From a bacterium (GTDB taxonomy: Bacteria; Hydrothermota; Tepidihabitantia; Tepidihabitantales; Tepidihabitantaceae), in the NCBI GenBank assembly GCA_046484845.1, contig JAWOIB010000015.1, positions 1-36,664 on the forward strand: 36,664 nt of DNA, read 5' to 3'. The notes under the pieces are model-generated. The model was not told the DNA's origin, did not search any database, and saw only the letters and a program-made list of their open reading frames with translations. Positions 17,185 through 24,272 of the stretch are shown piece after piece (position 1 is the stretch's first letter; each line of letters begins with the position of its first letter). The position numbers and the translations under genes were made by a program.

Positions 17185-19509
17185 GTGAATAATCAGCGCC
17201 CAAGGCGTCAGGTCCGGATCGGTCTCAGAGCACAACTGGTATTCTGGTTGCTGATGTTCGGAATACTCCCGGTCATCGGCACCTCCCTGCTGGGTCACTG
17301 GGCATTGACCCGGAATGTCACCCAAACCGCCGGCAACCGTCTGGTAGCTGTGGCCGAACGACTCGCCAGCAGTATCGATGCCGAGGTTCGTTTGCTGGTC
17401 GCAAACCTCGGGGGTCCAGATCCAACCACAGTCAGGCTGGTCCGAACCCTCTCTGAAGCTGATCGGCCCTCCCGCAACCCGGACGGGACTGCTGAACAGC
17501 TATCCGCTGTGCTTTCCCATCCCGCCGCTGCCGAACTCGAGGCCATCCGTGTCAGTGACTCGGCACGCTACCTCCAGTTGTCCCTTGCTGACGCATACGG
17601 ACAGCTCGTGGCCGCGACTCACCCGGTCACCAACATCGATGTCCAGAACGAGGACTGGTGGAGCACCGCCTGGAATCGAGGCGCAGGCACAACCTACATC
17701 AGCCGGTTGCTGCGAGCAGAAGGCAGGTGGGTCTTGACGGTTGCCATCCCGGTTCGGGACAAGGAAGGAACAACAGCCGGTGTCCTGCGACTTCTCGCTG
17801 ATCTATCGAGAATCGCGGATGTGATAGACGAAGGCGCGGTCGGCACCACGGGAGTCGCGACTGTTACCTCCGGGTACGGAGACATCCTGATGGCGTCGGG
17901 CGCGGGCGGCGGCCCGCTCCCCCCCGTAACCGTTGGCCGCCACCATCGCTTCGCGGTCGGGATTCCGGACTGGTTTCGCGGCCGAGGGCTGAGCGGCCGC
18001 GACGCAATCGTTGCGTATGCACCGGTCAAGGTGACGGCTGGTCGTGGCCAGGCTACTTTCGGTGGCACGATCTGGTACGTCACCACAGAACAGGACCGAG
18101 CCGAGATACTCCACCCAACCCGCCAGTTCAGTCAGCTTGCGCTCGTACTCACGTTGGTCGTGACTGGCATAGTAGTGGTTGTCGGGGTCTTGCTTGGCCG
18201 GCGCGTGGCTCGGCCGCTGCTTAGCCTCCGGGACGGCGCGCGCCGCATAGGCGAGGGACAACTCAAACACCGTCTGAACCTCCCGACTGGCGACGAAATC
18301 GAAGAGGTGGCCGCCGAGTTCAACACCATGGCCGAGCAACTCGCGGCCTCAAGGCGGGGACTCGAAGAACGCGTACGTACCGCCACCGCTGAGCTTGCCC
18401 GGGAACACAACTCGCTGCAGGCAATCGTCTCGGCGCTCGGCGAGGGGCTAGTGGTCCTTGACCTTGACCTGCGCGTGGTGCTCTGGAACCGTGCGGCCGA
18501 GAAGATGACCGGCTTCCCCGCCGAGGAAGTCATCGGCCGGCACTGCCGCTCAATACTGCGGACCGAGGCAAACGGAATCAGGCTCTGTCAAGGAGAGTGC
18601 CCTGCCACCGCTGCGATGGACAGCCAGAAGACCATCATCGCTCATGGCATGTCAGCTACAATCGCTCGTTGGGATGGACAAAGGCTGCCGGCAACCTACA
18701 CCACCTCGCCGCTAGTTGATGCCTCGGGCAGTATCCGGGGCTGCGTCGTCGTACTCCGCGATGTAGCGCGGGAAAAGGAAATTGACCGCCTGAAGTCTGA
18801 GGTGGTATCAACGGTATCCCATGAGCTCCGCTCACCACTGACCTCGATCATCGGGTTCGCCGACCTGCTTGACACACCTGGGCTTGCCAGGGAGAAACGC
18901 CGTCAGTACACCCGGTTCATCGTCGCTGAGGGCCGCCGGATCGAGAGAATCGTGGATGATTTCCTGACCCTGTCGCGCCTCGAATCCGGACAGTTTGAGC
19001 TCAAGCTGGAAGAGATCGACCTGCAACAACTGGTCTTAGAGGTCTTCGCGGCTGAAGCTCACGCTTCTCCGCATCATGACCTCAGGTGCCAGATCCCCCC
19101 AGGTCTTCCATCGATTCGAGCGGACCGCGATCGCATACGCCGCGCCCTGCAGAATCTGGTCAACAACGCTGTCAAGTACTCGCCCGACGGCGGCCTGGTC
19201 GAGGTCTCTGCCAAAGCCCACGGCGAGGTGGTCGAAATCTCGGTCATGGACAATGGTATCGGCATCAGAACGCAGGATCTGGAGAAGCTCTTCCACCGCT
19301 TCCAGCGGGTCAACCGCCGGGACCGGCCGGATATTCCGGGCACAGGTCTCGGCCTGGCTATCGTTGCGAGCATAGCGCGGGAGCACGGCGGCGAGGTCAG
19401 GGTTGAATCGGTTCACGGCAAAGGCTCGGTCTTCACCCTCCGACTGCCCCTGGCCGATAGACGCGGGTATGACGAAACACACGCTACTCAACGGCCCACC
19501 CCCGCCTGA
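17185..19509 (+). CDS. Membrane sensor histidine kinase (TM-Cache-TM-HAMP-PAS-HisKA-HATPase)
   Basis: Two TM helices, Cache-like WW..AW/YIS/VAIPV, HAMP DEIEEVAAEFNTM, PAS WNRAAEKMTGF, H-box SHELRSPL, NLVNNAVKY, DNGIGI, GTGLGL. Confidence 0.92.
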   Translation: MNNQRPRRQVRIGLRAQLVFWLLMFGILPVIGTSLLGHWALTRNVTQTAGNRLVAVAERLASSIDAEVRLLVANLGGPDPTTVRLVRTLSEADRPSRNPDGTAEQLSAVLSHPAAAELEAIRVSDSARYLQLSLADAYGQLVAATHPVTNIDVQNEDWWSTAWNRGAGTTYISRLLRAEGRWVLTVAIPVRDKEGTTAGVLRLLADLSRIADVIDEGAVGTTGVATVTSGYGDILMASGAGGGPLPPVTVGRHHRFAVGIPDWFRGRGLSGRDAIVAYAPVKVTAGRGQATFGGTIWYVTTEQDRAEILHPTRQFSQLALVLTLVVTGIVVVVGVLLGRRVARPLLSLRDGARRIGEGQLKHRLNLPTGDEIEEVAAEFNTMAEQLAASRRGLEERVRTATAELAREHNSLQAIVSALGEGLVVLDLDLRVVLWNRAAEKMTGFPAEEVIGRHCRSILRTEANGIRLCQGECPATAAMDSQKTIIAHGMSATIARWDGQRLPATYTTSPLVDASGSIRGCVVVLRDVAREKEIDRLKSEVVSTVSHELRSPLTSIIGFADLLDTPGLAREKRRQYTRFIVAEGRRIERIVDDFLTLSRLESGQFELKLEEIDLQQLVLEVFAAEAHASPHHDLRCQIPPGLPSIRADRDRIRRALQNLVNNAVKYSPDGGLVEVSAKAHGEVVEISVMDNGIGIRTQDLEKLFHRFQRVNRRDRPDIPGTGLGLAIVASIAREHGGEVRVESVHGKGSVFTLRLPLADRRGYDETHATQRPTPA

Positions 19510-19534
19510 CCGACCACGGCCTGCGACTCCGCAT

Positions 19535-19562
19535 TTGACAGCCCGGTTTCCTCGGCTATCTT
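19535..19562 (+). promoter_or_regulatory. Promoter TTGACA-N16-TATCTT of the thiolase-like/DUF35 operon
   Basis: Perfect -35 and TAnnnT -10 about 85 nt upstream of ATG 19647. Confidence 0.6.
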
Positions 19563-19646
19563 CGCTTGGTCGCGGACAACAAAACGGTCCGGGCGGGAGC
19601 CGCTCGGCCGGCCTGCGCCAGAATGACCGACTCTTTAGGAGGTCCA

Positions 19647-20798
19647 ATGCCTGAACGGATTGCCATCGTCGGCATCGGAGCCACGCAGTTTCGGACGATA
19701 TCGCCCGACGTCTCCTACAAGGAGCTGATGTTCGAGGCTGCGACCAAGGCCTACCGTGATGCCGGAATCGACCCGCGCAAGGACGTGGGTACTTTCATCA
19801 CCTGCGCCGAAGACTACATCGAGGGTGTCAGCATCTTCGATGAGTACGTCCCGGACCAGCTCGGCGCGATTCTCCGGCCGATGCAGACCATCACCGGCGA
19901 CGGCCTGCACGGTATCGCCGTCGCGAAGATGCTGCTCCTCACCGGGCAGTTCGACATCGCGGTGGTCGAGGCCCACGTCAAGGCCTCGAACATGCGGACC
20001 CCGGCCGGCATCGCCGCCTTCGCCCAGGACCCGGTCTTCACACGGCCGCTCGGGCTCAACACGCTCTTCGTCGCCGGGCTGGAGATGAACCGCTACTGCC
20101 AGGAGACCGGCGTGACGCTTGAGCAGTGCGGCCGGGTCGCGGTCAAGAACCGGGGCAACGCGCTTGAGAACGCGCTTGCCGCCCGGGCCGCCGAGCTGAC
20201 GCTGGCCGACCACGCCGGCAGCCGGCCGGTCGCGGCACCGCTCGCCGAGCTCGACATCGCCGAGCCGGCCGACGGCGCCATTGTCGTCGTGCTCGCCACC
20301 GAGTCCCGCGCCCGCTCGCTCAACCGCGAGCCGATCTGGCTCACCGGCATCGGCTGGTGCAACGGCTCATCGGACCTCGAAGCGCGCGACTGGGCGATGC
20401 CCGAGTACGTCGCCCGTGCCGGTGAAATGGCCTGCGCGATGTCGGGCATCAGCAACCCGCGCACCGGTTTCGACTTCGCCGAGATTGACGACACCTACAC
20501 CTACAAGGAACTGCAGCACCTGGCCGCGCTCCGTATCTGCCCGGCCGAGACGGTCGGCGAGTGGACCGCCGGCGGCGCGACCGAGGCCGACGGCGAGTTC
20601 CCGGTCAACGTCTCCGGCGGCGCACTCGGCATGGGCCACCTGCACGAGGCGATGGGCCTGGCCCGGCTCTACTGCGCAGTCGAGCAACTGCGCGGCGAAG
20701 CCGGCTCGGCCCAGCTCCCGGAAATCGAGCGCTGCCTGATCCAGTCCTGGCGCGGCATCCCGACCGCCAGCGCGGCCGCGGCGGTGCTGGAAGTCTAA
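19647..20798 (+). CDS. SCP2/archaeal-type thiolase-superfamily protein lacking the nucleophilic Cys (Ltp4-like)
   Basis: IAIVGIG, VAVKNRGNA, DGA.VVVL, EIDD.Y, VNVSGGALGMGH, QLRGEAG; the Cys loop reads QTITGDG; SD AGGAGG. Confidence 0.85.
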   Translation: MPERIAIVGIGATQFRTISPDVSYKELMFEAATKAYRDAGIDPRKDVGTFITCAEDYIEGVSIFDEYVPDQLGAILRPMQTITGDGLHGIAVAKMLLLTGQFDIAVVEAHVKASNMRTPAGIAAFAQDPVFTRPLGLNTLFVAGLEMNRYCQETGVTLEQCGRVAVKNRGNALENALAARAAELTLADHAGSRPVAAPLAELDIAEPADGAIVVVLATESRARSLNREPIWLTGIGWCNGSSDLEARDWAMPEYVARAGEMACAMSGISNPRTGFDFAEIDDTYTYKELQHLAALRICPAETVGEWTAGGATEADGEFPVNVSGGALGMGHLHEAMGLARLYCAVEQLRGEAGSAQLPEIERCLIQSWRGIPTASAAAAVLEV

Positions 20799-20807
20799 GG
20801 AGGAGAA

Positions 20808-21968
20808 ATGGGACAGAGAGTTGCAATGGTCGGCGCCGGGATGACCAAGTTCGTGCGCCGGGCCCAGGAGACCGGCAAGGAGATGAGCTACAACGCCGCC
20901 CGGATGGCGCTTGACTCCTGCGGCCTGACGCTCGACCAGGTCGAGATGGTCTGCCTCGGCACCGCGCCCGACAGCTTCGACGGCGTACACATGAAGGGCG
21001 AGTACCTCGCCGACGGCGCGGGCGCGTGGGGCAAGCCCTACATGCGCAGTTACGTCGGCGGCGGCACCGGTGTCTTCTCGGTCATCCAGGGCTGGTACCA
21101 CATCGCCTCCGGGCTCTGCGACATCGCCCTCGTCATCTGCGAGGAGAAGATGTCGTCGTTCCAGCCCCATGCCCAGGCCGCCTTCCTCACCATCTTCGAC
21201 CACATCACTGAGCGCCCGCTCAAGCCCAACCTCCTCTGGATCTTCGCGATGGAGATGAACCGCTACATGAATACCTACGGGCTCCGCAAGGAGGACATCG
21301 CCCGGGTAGCGGTCAAGAACAAGAACAACGCGCTCGACCACCCCTGCGCCCAGATTGCCAGCCCGGTCACGGTCGAGGACATCCTCGCCTCCGAGACCCT
21401 GGCCTGGCCGGTCCAGCGGCTCGACGTCAGCCCGGTCTCGGATGGGGCGGTCGCGGTCGTCCTCGCCGGCGAGAGCATCGCCCGCAAGATCACCGACAAG
21501 CCGGTCTGGATCGAGGGCGTCGGCTGGTCGCTGGATACCGCCTACTGGACCAACCGCGACCTGTGCTACCCGCGCTACGTCGAGGAAGCGGCCCGGATGG
21601 CCTATAAGATGGCCGGGGTCACCGACCCCCGTCACCAGATCCACATCGCCGAACCCTACGACCCCTTCGACTACAAGGAACTGCACCACCTCGAGGGCCT
21701 GATGCTCGCCGGCCGGGGCGAAGCCCCGCAGATGACCGTGGACGGCATCACCGCCCGCGACGGCGAACTGCCGGTCTGCCCGTCGGGCGGCCTGCTCGGC
21801 GTCGGCAACCCGATCGCCGCGGCCGGGCTGATGAAGGTCGCCGAGCTCTTCTGGCAGTTGCGCGGCGAGGCCGGCAAGCGCCAGGTCGCGCGCAAGGTCC
21901 GCCGCGGCGTCGCCCAGGCCTGGGGCGACCTGATGCAGGTCGGCACGGTCGTCGTGGTCGGAATCTAG
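20808..21968 (+). CDS. SCP2/archaeal-type thiolase-superfamily protein lacking the nucleophilic Cys (Ltp3-like)
   Basis: APDSFDGV, GKPYMRSYVGGGTG, SPVSDGAVAVVL, EPYDPF, PSGGLLGVGNPIAAAG, QLRGEAGKRQV. Confidence 0.87.
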   Translation: MGQRVAMVGAGMTKFVRRAQETGKEMSYNAARMALDSCGLTLDQVEMVCLGTAPDSFDGVHMKGEYLADGAGAWGKPYMRSYVGGGTGVFSVIQGWYHIASGLCDIALVICEEKMSSFQPHAQAAFLTIFDHITERPLKPNLLWIFAMEMNRYMNTYGLRKEDIARVAVKNKNNALDHPCAQIASPVTVEDILASETLAWPVQRLDVSPVSDGAVAVVLAGESIARKITDKPVWIEGVGWSLDTAYWTNRDLCYPRYVEEAARMAYKMAGVTDPRHQIHIAEPYDPFDYKELHHLEGLMLAGRGEAPQMTVDGITARDGELPVCPSGGLLGVGNPIAAAGLMKVAELFWQLRGEAGKRQVARKVRRGVAQAWGDLMQVGTVVVVGI

Positions 21969-21973
21969 GAGGC

Positions 21974-22528
21974 ATGATGCCAGCCAAGATGAAGAAGACG
22001 AAGAGCCGCCCGGCCGCCGCCAAGGCCGCCCCTGCCCCGCTCTACCGCGGTACCGGGCTCGCCGACAAGGACTTTGGAACCGGCAAGGTGCTCACCGAGC
22101 GCTGGACCGCGGACGCGAAGTACGCCTGGGATGCGGGCATCGCCATCAGCCGCTACCTCGAAGGCCTGAAGGAAGGCCGGCTCGTGGCGGTCCGCTGTCA
22201 CGAATGCGGCCGGACCATGATTCCGCCCCGCGCGTTCTGCGAATGGTGCTTCCGCCCGGTGGATGACTGGGTCGAGGTCAAGGACACCGGCCGGGTCAAC
22301 ACCTTCTCGCTCTGCTACGTGACCTGGGACGTCCGGCGTATCAAAGAACCCGAACTGCCCGCGGTCATCGAGATAGACGGCGCGTCGCCCGGGATGGGCA
22401 TCATGCACCACCTCGGTGAGGTCGCGCCGGACAAGATCAAGATCGGGATGCGCGTCAAGGCGGTCTGGAAGCCGGCCGCCGAGCGTGAAGGCGCAATCAC
22501 CGACATCAAGTACTGGAAGCCGTACTAG
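21974..22528 (+). CDS. DUF35 Zn-ribbon/OB-fold protein
   Basis: CHECG...PPRAFCEWC Zn ribbon, G.V.TF, IKIGMRVKAVW. Confidence 0.9.
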   Translation: MMPAKMKKTKSRPAAAKAAPAPLYRGTGLADKDFGTGKVLTERWTADAKYAWDAGIAISRYLEGLKEGRLVAVRCHECGRTMIPPRAFCEWCFRPVDDWVEVKDTGRVNTFSLCYVTWDVRRIKEPELPAVIEIDGASPGMGIMHHLGEVAPDKIKIGMRVKAVWKPAAEREGAITDIKYWKPY

Positions 22529-22538
22529 GGAGGTTGCC

Positions 22539-23021
22539 ATGGCGCTGAAACACCGAATCGAACAGCCTGAGCGGGCCCGGTCCTGGTACGGTGAGATGCC
22601 GGTTCAGCATCTCTACACCGCCGGCATCGCGGGCGAGACGTTCCTCCGCGAGCTCAAGGACAAGGGCCGCTTCATCGGCACCGCCTGCCCGGACTGCGAC
22701 GAAGTCTACGTCCCGGGCAAGGCGTTCTGCCAGAAGTGCTTCGCCCGGCTCGAAGACTGGGTGCCGGTCGGCCCCAAGGGCACGGTCGAAAGCTGGACCG
22801 TCGTCCTCGTCGGGCTCGACGGCAAGCCCCTCAAACACCCGGAAGTGGTCGGGCTCATCAACCTCGACGGCGCGACGACGAACATCGTCCACCGCCTCGG
22901 CGAGGTTGACCTCGAAGAGCTCTGCATCGGGATGCGCGTCGAACCGGTCCTCAAGCCCCGCGCCCGGCGGGCCGGCTCGGTCAACGACATCCTGCACTTC
23001 AAACCCGCGAGCCTCAAGTAG
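22539..23021 (+). CDS. Second DUF35 Zn-ribbon/OB-fold protein
   Basis: YTAGIAGETF, CPDC...FCQKC, GTVESWT, IGMRVEPV; SD GGGAGG. Confidence 0.9.
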   Translation: MALKHRIEQPERARSWYGEMPVQHLYTAGIAGETFLRELKDKGRFIGTACPDCDEVYVPGKAFCQKCFARLEDWVPVGPKGTVESWTVVLVGLDGKPLKHPEVVGLINLDGATTNIVHRLGEVDLEELCIGMRVEPVLKPRARRAGSVNDILHFKPASLK

Positions 23022-23033
23022 GCGGGTACCTTC

Positions 23034-23070
23034 GCGGCGGGGCGGCGCTGGCCGCCCCGCCGCTTGCCTT
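23034..23070 (+). terminator. Intrinsic terminator-like hairpin of the thiolase/DUF35 operon
   Basis: 13-bp stem GCGGCGGGGCGGC/GCCGCCCCGCCGC followed by TTGCCTT. Confidence 0.6.
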
Positions 23071-23092
23071 GCGCCCGACATCCGGCTATCAT
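23064..23092 (+). promoter_or_regulatory. Promoter TTGCCT-N17-TATCAT, 6 nt before ATG (leaderless)
   Basis: Hexamers read directly; no SD before ATG 23099. Confidence 0.55.
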
Positions 23093-23098
23093 CCGAAG

Positions 23099-23695
23099 AT
23101 GAAGAAGCGACCCGAGGCCCGCACCGAGGTGACCTGGTTCGCCCGGCCCGGCCGGGCCTGCACCGCCCGAACCCTGGCACTCGCCCTCGCCCGCGGCCGG
23201 GAACTGGGACTGCGCCACTACGTCGTCGCCTCGTCCACCGGCGCGACCGCGCTCAAGCTCGCGCGCCTGCTCCGGGACGGTGAACGGGCGGTCTGTGTCG
23301 GCCATCACTTCGGCTTCCGCGAGCCCGGCCGCTCCGAGCTCTCCACCGTGGCCGCACGCAGGCTCGCCGCGACCGGAATCCCGGTCCTGCGCACGACCCA
23401 CGCCCTGTCCGGCGTCGAACGCGCCAACCGGCTCAGGTTCGGCGGGCTCGGCCCGGCCGAGACCATCGCCTGGACCTACCGCACCTTCGGGGAAGGCACC
23501 AAGGTCGCGGTCGAAGTCGCAGTGATGGCGCTTGACGCCGGTCTCATCCCGCACGGCGTGGAAGTGACGGGCATCGGCGGCACCAGCTCGGGCGCGGACA
23601 CCGCCCTTGTCATTCGACCCGCCCACACACGCCTGTTCTACGACACCGTCATCAGTGAGATAATCTGCAAGCCCCGCACCCGGGGCGCCGACTAG
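23099..23695 (+). CDS. Stand-alone pyruvate kinase C-terminal (alpha/beta)-like protein, COG1751-like
   Basis: F..PG...T..TL, VVASSTGATA, HHFGF..PG, THALSGVER, FGEGTKVAVEVAVMALDAG, GGTSSGADTA, EIICKP. Confidence 0.8.
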   Translation: MKKRPEARTEVTWFARPGRACTARTLALALARGRELGLRHYVVASSTGATALKLARLLRDGERAVCVGHHFGFREPGRSELSTVAARRLAATGIPVLRTTHALSGVERANRLRFGGLGPAETIAWTYRTFGEGTKVAVEVAVMALDAGLIPHGVEVTGIGGTSSGADTALVIRPAHTRLFYDTVISEIICKPRTRGAD

Positions 23696-23705
23696 GAGGA
23701 ACCTT

Positions 23706-24152
23706 ATGCCTGACTGCCCGTTCTGCGACATCATCGCCGGCAAGGCACCCGCGCGCAGGGTCCACGAAGACGCGACCACCGTCGCCATCCTCGACCTCTA
23801 CCCGGTCGTGCCCGGTCACACGCTGGTGCTGACCCACCGGCACATTCCCCTGCTGACCGACGCCGACCCGTCCCTCTGGGCGGAAACCGTGATGCCCTTC
23901 TTCAAGACGGTCTACGCCGTCTCCCGGAAGATGAAGAAGGCCCTCGGCTGCAGCCACGTCACGCTCCTGCTCCGCGGCCAGCGCGTGCCCCACGTACACA
24001 TGCACCTCGTCCCGAGCTGGCCGGACCGCAAACACCTGCTCGACTTGAACCTCCAGCTCCAGGACTACTGCCAGCCCCGTCTGAAGCCGCAGGCAGCCGA
24101 CGCCGAGCTTGACGCCTTGGCAGAGAGAATCAAGGCCGCGCCGGTGAAGTAG
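23706..24152 (+). CDS. HIT family nucleotide hydrolase
   Basis: CPFC, D.YP..PGHTLV, VPHVHMHLVP histidine triad; SD AGGAGG. Confidence 0.9.
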   Translation: MPDCPFCDIIAGKAPARRVHEDATTVAILDLYPVVPGHTLVLTHRHIPLLTDADPSLWAETVMPFFKTVYAVSRKMKKALGCSHVTLLLRGQRVPHVHMHLVPSWPDRKHLLDLNLQLQDYCQPRLKPQAADAELDALAERIKAAPVK

Positions 24153-24239
24153 CAGGAGCGGGGCATGGCCAAACGACTCATACTCCTAACTCCCGGAGGT
24201 TCGATTGGCCCATAAAACCATCCCGCCCCGCTCCTGTTG
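24150..24239. repeat. Long imperfect inverted repeat (about 90-nt hairpin)
   Basis: CAGGAGCGGGGC (24153-24164) pairs with GCCCCGCTCCTG (24225-24236); inner GGCCAA/TTGGCC, CGA/TCG and CTC/GAG stems. Confidence 0.6.
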
Positions 24240-24264
24240 ACGCACGTCCTCATTCCGCTAGCAT
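24237..24264 (+). promoter_or_regulatory. Promoter TTGACG-N16-TAGCAT, 8 nt before the EF-G ATG
   Basis: Hexamers read directly; no SD. Confidence 0.6.
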
Positions 24265-24272
24265 AGCAGCCT

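Noticed and set aside
19647-23021. Mevalonate-pathway thiolase/HMG-CoA synthase/DUF35 complex or PhlABC
   Set aside because: No HMG-CoA synthase/PhlA-like gene is adjacent, and both thiolase-like proteins lack the nucleophilic Cys.
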